Source of the DNA: an uncultured cyanobacterium
GTDB lineage: Bacteria; Cyanobacteriota; Cyanobacteriia; Phormidesmidales; Phormidesmidaceae
NCBI GenBank assembly: GCA_963793265.1
Contig: CAWBZI010000005.1
Coordinates: forward strand, 1-64,000
Reading direction: 5' to 3'
Length of the DNA stretch: 64,000 nt
Made by a program: the position numbers and the translations under genes. The notes beneath the pieces are model-generated. The model searched no databases, was not told where the DNA came from, and worked only from the letters and a program-made list of their open reading frames with translations. Below are positions 39,483 through 51,246 of this stretch, piece by piece. The first letter of the stretch is position 1. Every line of letters begins with the position of its first letter.

Positions 39483-42255
39483 ATGACGCGCCTACCCCTG
39501 ACGCCCGAACAAGTCCGACTTCAGGAACACTCTGAGCAACAGGCAAACTGGAAAAAATGGGGCCCCTACCTCAGTGAAAGGCAGTGGGGCACCGTTCGCG
39601 AAGACTACAGCCCCGAAGGGAATGCCTGGGACTACTTTCCGCATGAGCACGCCCGGTCTAAAACGTATCGGTGGGGCGAGGATGGCATTTTAGGCATTTG
39701 TGACGATCGGCAGCTCCTTTGCTTTGCGCTTTCGACTGTGGAATGGCAAAGATCCGATACTTAAAGAACGCTTCTTTGGCCTGACTGGGAATGAGGGCAA
39801 CCACGGTGAAGACGTTAAGGAATATTATTTTTATCTCGACAGCACCCCGACGCATTCGTATATGAAGGCGCTGTATAAGTATCCGCAGAGCGAGTATCCG
39901 TATGAGCAGCTATTAGAAGAGAGTCGGCAGCGCGATCGCAAAGCGCCTGAGTTTGAGCTGATGGATACGGGCATTTTTGAGGGCGATCGCTACTTTGACG
40001 TGCAGGTGGAGTATGCCAAAGCCCACGCCGAAGACACGCTGATACTTATTACGGTGACCAATCGCGGGCCAGAGCAGGCCGATTTGCATCTGCTGCCGAC
40101 GCTGTGGTTTCGCAACACCTGGACATGGGACTCACCGAGCCTGAAGCCTAACCTAAAGGCAAGCCTGACGAATGGAGAAGTGTCGGTTGTTGAAAGCCAT
40201 CACCCTGAGCTAGGACAGTCTTGGTTTTATTGCCAAACGCCTAAGGGACACCAAAACAAGCCGAAGGAATCAACAGTATCGACTAACGGTCAGTGGGTTG
40301 AGCTAGGCAATAGCGGCCAGCAAAATGCAGCAGGGCTGATATTTACTGACAATGAAACGAACAAAGAGCTGTTGTTTAACGTTAAAAATGATTCTCCTTA
40401 TGTAAAAGATGCTTTTCATCGCTATGTGATTGAAGGAGAACAGTCTGCGATTAATCCGCAGCAGACGGGCACAAAGTCGGCGGTACACTATCAGCTCACG
40501 CTAGCGCCCGGCGAAACGCAACAGATTAAGCTGCGTCTAGCTGACGATTCGAGCCTTAGCGATCCGCTCGGTGAGCGCTTTGATGAGACTTTTTGCACTC
40601 GCAAAGAAGAAGCCGACAAGTTTTATCATCAGCTCGCGCCTTTTGTTCATGATGAAGACTTGAGCAACGTGCAGCGGCAGGCGTTTGCTGGCATGATGTG
40701 GGGCAAACAATACTATCTGTACGATGTAAGCACTTGGCTGAAAGGCGATCCGAACACGATTAATCCGCCGACTGAGCGCAAGCGAGGCCGCAATAAGCAC
40801 TGGCATCATCTCGACAGTCAAGACATTCTCTCGATGCCTGATACGTGGGAGTATCCGTGGTTTGCCGCCTGGGATACGGCCTTTCACTGTTTGCCGCTGG
40901 CGCTGATAGATGCTGAGTTTGCTAAGCAGCAGCTCGATGTGATGACGCGCGAGTGGTATATGCACCCCAACGGGCAGCTTCCGGCGTATGAATGGGCCTT
41001 TGGGGATGTGAATCCGCCCGTGCACGCCTGGGCGACCTGGCGGGTGTATAAGATTGAGCAGAAAATGACGGGGAAGGGCGATCGCCTATTTTTAGAGAGA
41101 CTGTTTCAAAAGCTGTTGCTGAACTTTACGTGGTGGGTGAATCGGAAAGACACCGAAGGCAACAATGTTTTTGAAGGGGGCTTTTTGGGCCTGGATAATA
41201 TTGGGGTATTCGATCGCTCTAAGCCGTTGCCAACCGGCGGACGATTGGAGCAGGCCGATGGGACAAGCTGGATGGCGATGTACTGTTTGGATATGCTGGC
41301 GATCGCGCTAGAACTTGCCCTAGAAAACCCCGTGTACGAAGACATGGCCACCAAGTTCTTCGAGCACTTTATCTACATTGCAGAAGCGATGAACTCCACC
41401 GGGGAGAATGCCACACAGCTCTGGGATGAAGAAGACGGCTTCTTCTATGACGTGCTGCACCTGCCGGATAAAACGCGCTTTCCGATCAAGATTCGTTCGC
41501 TGGTGGGCCTGATGCCGCTGTATGCAACAACAACTTTAGAGCCCGAGCTGATGGACAGGCTGCCTGGCTTTAAGGAGCGCTTGGAGTGGTTTGAGGCGAA
41601 TCGGCCTAAGCTGGCGCGTAATGTCACCACGATAGATATTAAAGACAGTGACGGCGGCGTTCAAAAGCGACGAATGCTTTCGGTGGTAAAGCCCGATAAG
41701 CTGCGGCGGATTTTGGCGAAGATGCTGAAGCCACATGAGTTTTTAGCGCCGACTGGCATCCGGGCGCTATCGCGTTTTCATATGGACAATCCTTACACCT
41801 TTGATGTAAATGGCAAGGTGTATCGGGTGGACTATGAACCAGCAGAGTCTAGCCTGTGGTTGTTTGGCGGTAATTCTAACTGGCGCGGCCCGGTGTGGTT
41901 TCCCACGAACTATCTGTTGATTGAGGCTTTGCAGCGCTATCATCACTTTTTTGGCGATGACTTTAAAATTGAGTGTCCATATGGCTCAGGGAATGAGATG
42001 AATTTGTGGGGGGTAGCTACAAAGCTAGAGCAGCGAATGATCGGGACTTTTTTACGGGATGAGAATGGCGATCGCCCGGTGTACGGAAACAACAGAACGT
42101 TTCAAGAAGATCCGCACTGGCGAGACTATATTCTCTTTTATGAGTACTTCAACGGAGATACGGGTGAAGGGCTAGGAGCTAGTCATCAGACCGGGTGGAC
42201 AGGGCTAGTAGCCAAGCTGATTCATCAGTGCTGTGAGTATGGCGATGGGGCGTGA
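39483..42255 (+). CDS. MGH1-like/GH63 glycoside hydrolase, split by a 1-nt frameshift
   Basis: [18 protein letters not shown] joins [12 protein letters not shown] if the extra A at 39735 is removed; [33 protein letters not shown]. Confidence 0.88.
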
Positions 42256-42344
42256 GAATCAACGCCTAGTGGTAGAAGGAAAGATACTGACGGGATGGGT
42301 CATACATACTCTTTTGTACATCACTGCTGCTAGCACCTGAACAA

Positions 42345-42391
42345 ATTGTTCCTTAACCTTTCAGTACGGCGAAAGGGTTAAAACGAACAAT
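42345..42391. other. Imperfect intergenic hairpin (possible terminator or stabiliser)
   Basis: ATTGTTC-C-TTAACCTTTC...GAAAGGGTTAA-AAC-GAACAAT. Confidence 0.35.
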
Positions 42392-42524
42392 CTACTTACT
42401 AAGATGGACGCTAGTGTCTAAAAAGGGGTGCTACGGTTCATTCATTAATAAAAGAATAAATGAAGAGTTTTGAACTTACTCATTTCTCTAGTTTTAACGA
42501 AGACACAATAAAAAGCTCCCTAAC

Positions 42525-44324
42525 ATGTACCCTGATGCCATAGTCGATCATTCTAAAAATAGTCTATCCGTGCCTACTACTGACATGATCGAAAGCGCCA
42601 TTCAAGACGCCGATAGGCTAGCAGCGCTCTACACATACGACGCTATTGGCAAGCCTTCAGAAACCGCGTTTGATGACCTCACTCGGCTGGCCGCTCACAT
42701 CTGCCAAACGCCCGCGGCTAGAACTACACTGGTTGATCATGACTTTCAATATTTTATATCTAGCTTTGGCGTAGAAAAGGCCCAAGAACCTGTAGAAAAA
42801 GGGCTATGTCCCATTGCGGTGTATCAGGCACGGCCCCTCATTATTCTTAATGCCCTAAGCGATGACCGATTCAAAGATCATCCTTTTGTGATAGAGCAGG
42901 GCGTTCGCTTCTATGCGGGCATTCCACTAATAACGCCTGGCGGCCATGCAATCGGGACGCTTTGCGTATTTGACTATCTGGCTCGCGATATCAAGAAGGC
43001 TCAGGTTAGCAACCTGAAGGCACTGGCCCGGCAGGTGATGAGTCAGCTAGAGCTGAGACTTGCCGCTCGCAAGATGGCACAAAATGCGCAGACCCTAGCA
43101 GCGGTTTCGCATGACGTTGCCGCTGAAGTGGGCGATGCCTTTTTCCCGGCTTTGGTGAAGCGATTTACAGAGGCGTTGCGGGTTGATTATGCCTATGTGG
43201 CTCTGGTCAGCAGTGAAGATAGCAATCGGATGAAGACGATTGCTGTGTGCCATAAGGGAGAGATTATAGACAATTTTGAATATGACTTAGCCGGTACGCC
43301 TTGCCAAGATGTTTTGAAGCAGCGTTTAGTATGCTGGCATGGGCGCAATCTAGAAGCGCTCTATCCCGCTGCGCCTCTAATCTCGCCGCTCAATCTTGAG
43401 AGCTATGCGGCGATGCCTATCTTCGATTTGGAAGGTAATGCCTTTGGCGTACTGGCGATTATGCACACGCAGCCTATCGCTAGAAGTCAGCAGGCCGAAG
43501 CTTTGTTAGAAATTTTTAGCCTGCGAATCGCCGCTGAGATAGAAAGGCAGCGAGATCGAGAAAGGCAGCGTTTGATATTAGAGAAAGAGCAGGAGGCTAG
43601 AGAGCTAGCAGAAACCGCTAGCCGGATGAAGGATGAGTTTTTGGCGGTGGTATCTCATGAGCTGCGATCGCCGCTAAACCCAATTGTGGGCTGGTCAAAG
43701 CTGCTGCGCCACGGCTCCCTTAGCCCTGATCGCAGAAACGCCGCGCTCGAGACCATCGAACGAAACGCGCTGTTGCAAGTGAGATTAGTAGACGATTTGC
43801 TAGATGTCTCTCGGATTTTGCGCGGCAAGCTATCGCTGAAAAGAGGCGTGGTGATGCTGAGCGAAGTGATTGCTGCGGCGCTAGAAACGATTCAGCTACA
43901 GGCAGAGGGTAAGGATATTGAGATACAGTCTATTACCTCACTGCCGCATGGCATAGCCGATGAGAGGGTAGATGGCGACAGCGTACGTTTGCAACAGATA
44001 TTTGGAAACTTGCTCTCTAACGCGGTGAAGTTTACACCAGCAGGTGGGAAAGTCACAGTGACGCTCACAGCAGAAGCAGGATTTGCGCAGGTGCAGGTGA
44101 GCGATACGGGTAGAGGCATTAGCGCTAATTTTTTACCAGATGTGTTCGAACGCTTTAGGCAAGAAGACTATTCAACAACGCGCCATTTTGGCGGGCTCGG
44201 GCTGGGCCTAACGATTGTGCAACAGCTCGTAGATCTGCACGGCGGTACGGTCAGCGCTAGCAGCGAAGGCGAAGGCAAAGGCGCGACTTTCATCGTGAAA
44301 ATTCCGCTCGCAAATTGTAAATAA
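42525..44324 (+). CDS. GAF-GAF sensor histidine kinase
   Basis: RFYAGIPL...[40 protein letters not shown]. Confidence 0.92.
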   Translation: MYPDAIVDHSKNSLSVPTTDMIESAIQDADRLAALYTYDAIGKPSETAFDDLTRLAAHICQTPAARTTLVDHDFQYFISSFGVEKAQEPVEKGLCPIAVYQARPLIILNALSDDRFKDHPFVIEQGVRFYAGIPLITPGGHAIGTLCVFDYLARDIKKAQVSNLKALARQVMSQLELRLAARKMAQNAQTLAAVSHDVAAEVGDAFFPALVKRFTEALRVDYAYVALVSSEDSNRMKTIAVCHKGEIIDNFEYDLAGTPCQDVLKQRLVCWHGRNLEALYPAAPLISPLNLESYAAMPIFDLEGNAFGVLAIMHTQPIARSQQAEALLEIFSLRIAAEIERQRDRERQRLILEKEQEARELAETASRMKDEFLAVVSHELRSPLNPIVGWSKLLRHGSLSPDRRNAALETIERNALLQVRLVDDLLDVSRILRGKLSLKRGVVMLSEVIAAALETIQLQAEGKDIEIQSITSLPHGIADERVDGDSVRLQQIFGNLLSNAVKFTPAGGKVTVTLTAEAGFAQVQVSDTGRGISANFLPDVFERFRQEDYSTTRHFGGLGLGLTIVQQLVDLHGGTVSASSEGEGKGATFIVKIPLANCK

Positions 44325-44479
44325 AAGCCTTTAGCAGTCGTATAATCCCCCAGCAGCCTGTACGGTTGACTACATCGTCGAATGCGTTCTCGATGATAAT
44401 ATTAATTACGTTATATTGCACTTATGCGCATTTTGCGCGTGGGCTTTAAAAGCGCTTAATAATATGGAGGTTCGGTCTG

Positions 44480-45019
44480 GTGAAAGACCCCAATAATAAG
44501 AACTTATCTAGAGATATCTTGGCTGGCGATCTGAGTACTTCTACTAACTTAGAGGGAATTAGTTCAGAGAACCGTAGCCCAGAAGACCGTAGCCTGGAAG
44601 GCAGCAGCTCAGAAGGCGGTGAAGATAATGTTCTAAGCGGACTCCATATTTTGTCGGTAGATGATGATGTCGACTCGCTCGAAATTACGGCCTTTTCGCT
44701 AGAGCAAGCAGGTGCGAACGTCACCAGTGTTGCCTCTGGTGCTGAGGCACTTGAGGCAATGAAAGAACTGGTGCCTGATATGCTGCTGAGTGACGTTGGC
44801 ATGCCTGAGATAGATGGCTATATGCTAATACGGCAGATTCGACAGTTGCCTGAAGATCAAGGGGGTAGCATGTTAGCGATCGCACTTACCGCCTATGCTG
44901 GTGAACTTGATCAGGTACAAGCACTTGAAGCTGGTTTTCAAAGGCATCTGACTAAGCCCGTTGATCCGATGGTGCTAGTTGAGGTGGTTAGGGAGTTGAG
45001 ATATGGCGAGAAGACATAG
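44480..45019 (+). CDS. Stand-alone response regulator receiver
   Basis: VDDD, SDVGMPEIDGY, ALTAYA, KPVDP; GGAGG upstream of the GTG start. Confidence 0.9.
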   Translation: MKDPNNKNLSRDILAGDLSTSTNLEGISSENRSPEDRSLEGSSSEGGEDNVLSGLHILSVDDDVDSLEITAFSLEQAGANVTSVASGAEALEAMKELVPDMLLSDVGMPEIDGYMLIRQIRQLPEDQGGSMLAIALTAYAGELDQVQALEAGFQRHLTKPVDPMVLVEVVRELRYGEKT

Positions 45020-45093
45020 CGAGAAGAATATTTATATTTTGTAGGTGTAAAAGAAACCGTAGTAGCTTTGATATTGAGTGAGCCTGTTTTTTT

Positions 45094-47145
45094 ATGAAGC
45101 GACCTACGAGCACCCCACCTTATCCCACATTTGTTGAAGGCGGCGAGACTGGGGCGCTGATGCGATCGCACGACTGGACGCGTACGCCACTTGGGGAAGT
45201 AGATAGTTGGCCGCAAAGCCTGCGAACGATGGTCAGCGTAGTGCTAGGTGCTAGCGAGCCAATGCTGATACTGTGGGGGCGATCGCTAACACTGCTGAAT
45301 AACGATAGCAGCGCGGCTGTACTAAGCACTCAACCTTCGCAGATAATCGGCAAGCCTGCCAGGCTGGCGTGGGATGAGATATGGCACACGATAGGGCCTG
45401 TTATAGAACGCGTGATGAACACAGGTGCGGCCTGCGATACTGAACCTTTTCATCTACTTGCAGTGCGCGAACCTAACTGCGCAGACAGCTATTACAGCTT
45501 TAGCTTTAGCCCCATACGAGATGAGACGGGTGGCATAGGCGGCATATTTTGTATCTGTCGTAAAAGCACTGCGGCTAGCGATGCTACGACAGATGCAGAC
45601 CATACAGTAGATGATAAATCAGTGCGTAAGCGGGCTTCAGCTATAGCGGTAAAGCGCGATCGCCGCTTTCGTCGGGTGGTAGAGTCCAACATGTTTGGCG
45701 TGATGTTTGCTCACTTAAACGGGGGCATAAGCTATGCCAACGACTACATTTTGAAGATGTTGGGCTACGATAGCGAGGATTTGTATGCAGGGCAGCTGAG
45801 ATGGGATGAGCTAACAACCCCGGAATTTGCTGACTTAGATAGAAACGCGGTTCAACAAATACAAGAGACAGGCACTTGCGTGCCCTATGAGAAAGTTTTG
45901 CTGCACAAAGACGGACGGCGCATTCCCATTTTAGCGATGGGTGCTAGGTTGCAAGATTCATTCACACAAGACAACGAGGCGATTGCCTTTGTGTTGGATT
46001 TAAGTGAGGTAAAACAGATTACTGATGAGCGCGATCGCTTTTTTGATTTGTCGCCTGATGTCTTTGGTATTGCCGATCCTGATGGCTATTTCACCTACGT
46101 TAGCTCTGCCTGTGAAAGGAATTTGGGCTTTACGGCTGAAGAGATCCTCTCGCAGCCTTTTTTGAGCTTTGTTCATCCTGACGACATTGAGCGCACCACT
46201 GCCTTAGTGCAAGCAATGAGCGAGGGCAATGAAGCGGTTAACTTCGAGAATCGCTACCGACACAAAGAAGGCTATTACATCTGGCTCTCTTGGAACGTGA
46301 CGCCGATGATCCGCGAAAATTCGGTTCAGTTTTACTGTATAGGCCGCAACATGAACGCCTATAAACGAATGCAGTCTGAGAAAGAACAGCTTTTGCTCGC
46401 AGAACAGACGGCTCGCGAAGCCGCTGAACGAGCCAATCGCATTAAAGATGAGTTTTTGGCGGTGGTGTCTCACGAGTTGCGATCGCCACTAAACCCTATT
46501 CTCGGCTGGTCGCAGCTCCTCAGGCGCGGCAATCTCAGCGCCGAAAAAACGCAGACCGCTTTAGACTCAATTGCACGAAACGCGCAGCTTCAGGTGCAGC
46601 TCATTGGCGATTTGTTGGATATCTCTCGGATATTGCGCGGCAAGCTCACGCTCAACAAAGAGCCAGTGGACATCGGCACAGTCGTTGCCGCTGCTTTAGA
46701 AACCGTTGAGCAGTCTGCCGCTACAAAGTCTATTCAAATAGAAACCATTGTTTCGCCTTGTCGCGTGATGGGAGATACCGTTCGCTTACAGCAAGTCGTG
46801 TGGAATCTGCTCTCTAACGCGGTTAAGTTTACGCCTGAAGGTGGCAGCGTTGTTGTTAGAGCGGGCGCTGAAAAGACGCAGGCAAAAATAGAGGTTACTG
46901 ACACGGGCAAAGGCATCGGCGCTGAGTTTTTACCTTTTGTGTTTGAACACTTTCTTCAGGAGGACTATTCAACCACTCGCAAGTTTGGCGGCTTAGGGTT
47001 GGGCCTTGCGATTGTCAGGCAGGTGGTTGAACTTCATCAGGGCAGTGTTACGGTTGCTAGTTCTGGCGAAGGCAAAGGTGCAACCTTTACCGTACGGATA
47101 CCGCTTAGCCCGGCGGATCAAGCCTCAGGTAAGGATGCGCCTTAG
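45094..47145 (+). CDS. PAS-domain sensor histidine kinase
   Basis: DWTRTPLG...WPQSL N-terminal domain, two further PAS domains, [20 protein letters not shown]. Confidence 0.92.
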   Translation: MKRPTSTPPYPTFVEGGETGALMRSHDWTRTPLGEVDSWPQSLRTMVSVVLGASEPMLILWGRSLTLLNNDSSAAVLSTQPSQIIGKPARLAWDEIWHTIGPVIERVMNTGAACDTEPFHLLAVREPNCADSYYSFSFSPIRDETGGIGGIFCICRKSTAASDATTDADHTVDDKSVRKRASAIAVKRDRRFRRVVESNMFGVMFAHLNGGISYANDYILKMLGYDSEDLYAGQLRWDELTTPEFADLDRNAVQQIQETGTCVPYEKVLLHKDGRRIPILAMGARLQDSFTQDNEAIAFVLDLSEVKQITDERDRFFDLSPDVFGIADPDGYFTYVSSACERNLGFTAEEILSQPFLSFVHPDDIERTTALVQAMSEGNEAVNFENRYRHKEGYYIWLSWNVTPMIRENSVQFYCIGRNMNAYKRMQSEKEQLLLAEQTAREAAERANRIKDEFLAVVSHELRSPLNPILGWSQLLRRGNLSAEKTQTALDSIARNAQLQVQLIGDLLDISRILRGKLTLNKEPVDIGTVVAAALETVEQSAATKSIQIETIVSPCRVMGDTVRLQQVVWNLLSNAVKFTPEGGSVVVRAGAEKTQAKIEVTDTGKGIGAEFLPFVFEHFLQEDYSTTRKFGGLGLGLAIVRQVVELHQGSVTVASSGEGKGATFTVRIPLSPADQASGKDAP

Positions 47146-47163
47146 CCAGTTTCGCACAACGCC

Positions 47164-48186
47164 CTATACATATTCAAAGCTGCTGAAATCTATGTCTGTA
47201 ACGCCATTGAGATAGGCGATCGCATCGCCTTGAGCATAAATCCAAGACCCCAGCTCGTTAGAAGTAGACGAATATTCGCTCGCTGAGCCCTTGAGCTGCA
47301 ACCGATCGACCCCGACCGTAAAGTCATCAATGTAAACAGAATCTGCCCAGCCTTGATCGGTGTAATAGATGCCGTTGCGATCGCCCAGCACAAAGATATC
47401 AGCGCTGCCGCCGCCAAAGGCATAGTCACACCCCCCAAAGCCCAATATCCTATCAACCGTATCGCTACCAATTAGCAGATCATCGCCTATCGAACCGCCC
47501 ACCTCATCAAATTCGCGAATCTCAGGCTGCAATGAAAGCACCGATGGGAGAATAGCGGGAAAAGCGTCTTCGTCTATGGCCGTATCTGTTGGGGCGATCG
47601 CCGCAGATTCGTTGATATAAACGATAGCGCTACTGTCTAAAGCAAAGTCAGTAACATCATTCAGATAGGCCACCGCCGTGCTGCTGTCACCGCCAAACAT
47701 AAGCCAGGTGCCCTCATCTGTCTGTTCTAGCGCGTACAAATCACTGCTGCCAAACAGCACCAGGCTATCTTCTACAGCATCAAATCCGTCAATATAAACG
47801 CTATCGAACCAGCCATCGGAGATGTAGTAGCTGCCATTTTCATCCCCTAAGAAAACGGTGTCTTTACCGGCAGCTACGTTTAAATAGTCTCTTTCAAACG
47901 CACCTCGCTTTCGCGCGTCGGTTGGCAGAATGAAGTTGTCGCCGCTGCCTGCGAGGATAGCATCGTTGCCACCTGCGCCAAAAAAGTTGCTGCTAGCTGC
48001 GGTTCCTTGTAGAAAATCATCGCCGTTTGTGCCGACAATTTGGATAGTGCCGACAGGACGCACGATGCTGAGCTGAGTAGTGGGAAGAACTGTTAGAGAA
48101 GTTGTGCTTACAGAGTCACCGAGTAAATCGTTGAGGAGACTTTCGGCAGGGAGACTGGAAGCAGTGTCGAATTCAGTGATACTCAT
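47164..48186 (-). CDS. RTX/hemolysin-type calcium-binding repeat protein
   Basis: GTNGDDFLQG, GAGGNDAI, GSIGDDLLIG; duplicated (F)LGDxNGxYY...DSVYIDxF module. Confidence 0.72.
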   Translation of the reverse strand: MSITEFDTASSLPAESLLNDLLGDSVSTTSLTVLPTTQLSIVRPVGTIQIVGTNGDDFLQGTAASSNFFGAGGNDAILAGSGDNFILPTDARKRGAFERDYLNVAAGKDTVFLGDENGSYYISDGWFDSVYIDGFDAVEDSLVLFGSSDLYALEQTDEGTWLMFGGDSSTAVAYLNDVTDFALDSSAIVYINESAAIAPTDTAIDEDAFPAILPSVLSLQPEIREFDEVGGSIGDDLLIGSDTVDRILGFGGCDYAFGGGSADIFVLGDRNGIYYTDQGWADSVYIDDFTVGVDRLQLKGSASEYSSTSNELGSWIYAQGDAIAYLNGVTDIDFSSFEYV

Positions 48187-48237
48187 TTTGAGAATCTGTT
48201 CCTTTTGTGTGCTTGTGTGGACTATGAAGAAATTGTG

Positions 48238-51200
48238 TTAAGAGATAAATACATCTGCAAACTTCTCTCCTAGTGCCAGGTGTCCAGCCGAGGTAAAGTG
48301 AACGCTGTCGGTGTTCACCGGCAGTCCGTCTGTGTCAAACCAGTAGTTTCGCGAATCAGAACTTGCAACCGCGACTTGAGCAGCGCGTACCGTATCAGTA
48401 TCGGTATAGAAGCCGGAGGGCAGCTCCTCATGCAGCCGACCAATTACAAAGTCAAGATCTGAACCATAGCGACTACGAACATCACCAATTAAATTTGTCA
48501 AATTGCTTTGATAGTTCGCTGCCGACGTTGCACTAATCGAGTCGTTTTCACCCTGCATCCACAGCATTCCTTCTACATCGTAGCCAATGCCCGCATTAGT
48601 TAAAACCGTTAGCGCATCGCCTACCCACTGCGTAAAGTTGTCGTACTGATTGCCGCTGCCATTTACGTTCCAGTCAACGTCTAGGCTAGTTGCACCAATC
48701 GCGTATTTAATCAGGTAAATTTCTTCACCGTCTACCGAGCCGCTGGCGTAAGCAGCCGCGAGCTTATGACCAAAGCCAATTTCGGCCCCAAAGCCATCAG
48801 CACCACCAAAATTACCATTAAAACCGGGCACTAGGGCTTCATAGGAATTAGAGCCTCGGTTCCAAAACTGGACGGCGGGCAGCGGATTGCCCTGTGGTTT
48901 GCCATTTAAGAAGGCAACATCGCTGGTGTCACCAGCCATGTTTGACTGACCGCCCAATAGATAGACAGAAACAAGGTTGGTCACTTCGACTTGAATGAAC
49001 TGACTGTCAGACTTGCCAGTGGAGTCAGTAGCTAGAACGTTGATACGATAGATATTGTTGCGATCGCTATCCAAAGCCGTCTCAAAATCGGGCGCAACCT
49101 TAAACGAAATTACCCCGGTATTTTGGTCAATATCAAACAAGCCGCGATCTTCACCGTCATTAATGGTGTAGCTAATACCGTTGCCCTCAGTATCGCCATC
49201 AGCATCAGAGATCTGCATATCTACCGCGAACGTATTGTTCTCCTGCACTCGCACAAAAGCGGAGTTGTTGCCGCCATTGCTCGTAATCACCGGGGCGCTG
49301 CCGCTCTCAGCAATGTTTCTCACCACCACTGAAATAAACTGACTGTCGGCCTGACCGTCCGGGTCTTGCACAAGCACATTGGCAAAATAAACGTTGTTGC
49401 CGTCTGCATCCGCTGGATTCTCATAGTCAGGCGGCATCTTAAAGGCTAACAAACCCGTATTGCGATTAATCTCAAACAAGCCTGCGTCATCGCCCGCATT
49501 AATTGAGTAGGTCAGACCGTTTCCTTCGCTGAAGCCATTACTGCTAGTCGTGGTCACGTCAGTAACAACCGTTGTGCCCTCATCCAAAGTAATCGTTGCC
49601 GTATCGCCACCGCCATTGCTGTTAATCACAGGCGCGCTGACTTCAGCAGTATCAATGACTCGCACATCAATAAACTGAGAGTCTGTTTGCCCAGTTGCAT
49701 CTGTGACTAAAACATCAACGCCATAGATATTGTCGCCGTTGGCATCAGCAGGCGATTCAAAATCAGGTGCATTCTTAAACGAAAGTACGCCCGTATTGCG
49801 GTTGATCCTAAAGAATCTTTGATCTATACCACCTTTAAAGGAATAGGTGATGCCATTGCCTTCTGCTTGCCCATCACTATCGGTCACGCTAAAGTCAGTG
49901 ACAATTTTATTACCCTCTGCAATTTCAACAGCAGCATAAGGATTACCGCCGTTGCTGGTGATCACTGGCGCGCTGCCTGCTACGGCAATATCTTGAACAG
50001 TAACCGCAAGCGATCGCCTGTCCGAGAGCCCCGAATAATCAATCGCTAAAATGCCTACGTCATAAACATTGTCGCGATTAGAATCTATCGGCGTATCGAA
50101 GCTAGGCGCAGTCTTAAAAGAGAGCACGCCCGTGTTGTTGTTGAGATTAAACAAATATGAATCTTGACCGCCGTTGAAGTAATATTCAACGCCATAGCTT
50201 TCGTTAAAGCCGTTTGCCGCGCCCGTCACGCTCAGATCGGTCACAACTGAAGTGCCTTCGTCCACCGAAATATTAGGATTGTTGGTAATGCCAAACTGAC
50301 TAGCGGCCTGCTCCACCGTCACCGCCATCTTTTGCGTATCGGACTGGCCCGTCCAATCAATCGCCAAAATGTTGATGTCGTAAACGTTATTGCGGCCCAC
50401 GTCAGTCGGGTTATCAAAGTCAGGCGTATTCTTGAACGAAACAACGCCGCTATTCACATCAATATTAAACAGATAAGAATCTCTGCCGCCCTGAAAATAG
50501 TATTCAATGCCAAAGCCTTCGGAGTAGCCATTGGCCCCAACAACGCTTACATCAGTGACAAAATCAGTGCCTTCAGCGATCACAACCGACGCGCGAGCGC
50601 GACCGCCATTGCTCGTAATTCTCGGCTTAGCCAACGTGCCGACATAGCTGGTTTGCCCGGCCTCACTAATTGCGAGCCCCGCCTCAATGCTGCCAATCGC
50701 GGCTTCTAAATCCCAATCACCGCCAAGCTGCGCGCTGCCCGTAAGGTCTGTAGACGCCTGAATATCAGCGCCCGTTATCATAGCGAGCTGTTGAATAAAG
50801 CTTTGGCCGATATCACCTTCGGCAACATTGCAACCATAGAGCAACACATCGCCCGTTTGCGAATCGCCCCAGTTATCTATGCGATCGCCGTAGCCTGTGA
50901 GGCTGTCAGCGGTCAATATGGCAGATCCAAGCTGCAATTCTCCCGACTGGCCGTGCGCAAAGATATGAACGCTATCGATGGCGTTACCATCGTTTTTTAG
51001 TTGGAAGAGAACAGAACTAATGGCGATCGCCCCGTCCTGCTCAGCATCAATTAGATAAACGCTCGCCTCACCTAACGACGCAATCAAATCGTCTATATTA
51101 TCCAGACTGCTATCGACAAAAGCGACCTGTGAGCCAGAAGATTGAAGAGCTGGAAGTACGGTCGTTTTTAGACTGGGAGAAAGCGCGATCGCCTGCTCAG

Positions 51201-51246
51201 CAGCAGCAAACGCACCACCGAGGGGGCTTTGAGTGGGGTCTATCAT
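48238..51246 (-). CDS. DUF4347 + cadherin-like repeats + SGNH sialate O-acetylesterase-like surface protein
   Basis: HIFAHGQSGELQLG, LLYGCNVAEG, GGDWDLE; five ~105-110 aa repeats (F.IN..TG..SFK.APDFE.P.D); GQSNM, WMQGEND, DSVHF. Confidence 0.85.
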   Translation of the reverse strand: MIDPTQSPLGGAFAAAEQAIALSPSLKTTVLPALQSSGSQVAFVDSSLDNIDDLIASLGEASVYLIDAEQDGAIAISSVLFQLKNDGNAIDSVHIFAHGQSGELQLGSAILTADSLTGYGDRIDNWGDSQTGDVLLYGCNVAEGDIGQSFIQQLAMITGADIQASTDLTGSAQLGGDWDLEAAIGSIEAGLAISEAGQTSYVGTLAKPRITSNGGRARASVVIAEGTDFVTDVSVVGANGYSEGFGIEYYFQGGRDSYLFNIDVNSGVVSFKNTPDFDNPTDVGRNNVYDINILAIDWTGQSDTQKMAVTVEQAASQFGITNNPNISVDEGTSVVTDLSVTGAANGFNESYGVEYYFNGGQDSYLFNLNNNTGVLSFKTAPSFDTPIDSNRDNVYDVGILAIDYSGLSDRRSLAVTVQDIAVAGSAPVITSNGGNPYAAVEIAEGNKIVTDFSVTDSDGQAEGNGITYSFKGGIDQRFFRINRNTGVLSFKNAPDFESPADANGDNIYGVDVLVTDATGQTDSQFIDVRVIDTAEVSAPVINSNGGGDTATITLDEGTTVVTDVTTTSSNGFSEGNGLTYSINAGDDAGLFEINRNTGLLAFKMPPDYENPADADGNNVYFANVLVQDPDGQADSQFISVVVRNIAESGSAPVITSNGGNNSAFVRVQENNTFAVDMQISDADGDTEGNGISYTINDGEDRGLFDIDQNTGVISFKVAPDFETALDSDRNNIYRINVLATDSTGKSDSQFIQVEVTNLVSVYLLGGQSNMAGDTSDVAFLNGKPQGNPLPAVQFWNRGSNSYEALVPGFNGNFGGADGFGAEIGFGHKLAAAYASGSVDGEEIYLIKYAIGATSLDVDWNVNGSGNQYDNFTQWVGDALTVLTNAGIGYDVEGMLWMQGENDSISATSAANYQSNLTNLIGDVRSRYGSDLDFVIGRLHEELPSGFYTDTDTVRAAQVAVASSDSRNYWFDTDGLPVNTDSVHFTSAGHLALGEKFADVFIS

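Noticed and set aside
48980..50630. Recurring ~330-bp sequence similarity
   Set aside because: In-frame cadherin-like protein repeats, not a CRISPR array or mobile repeat
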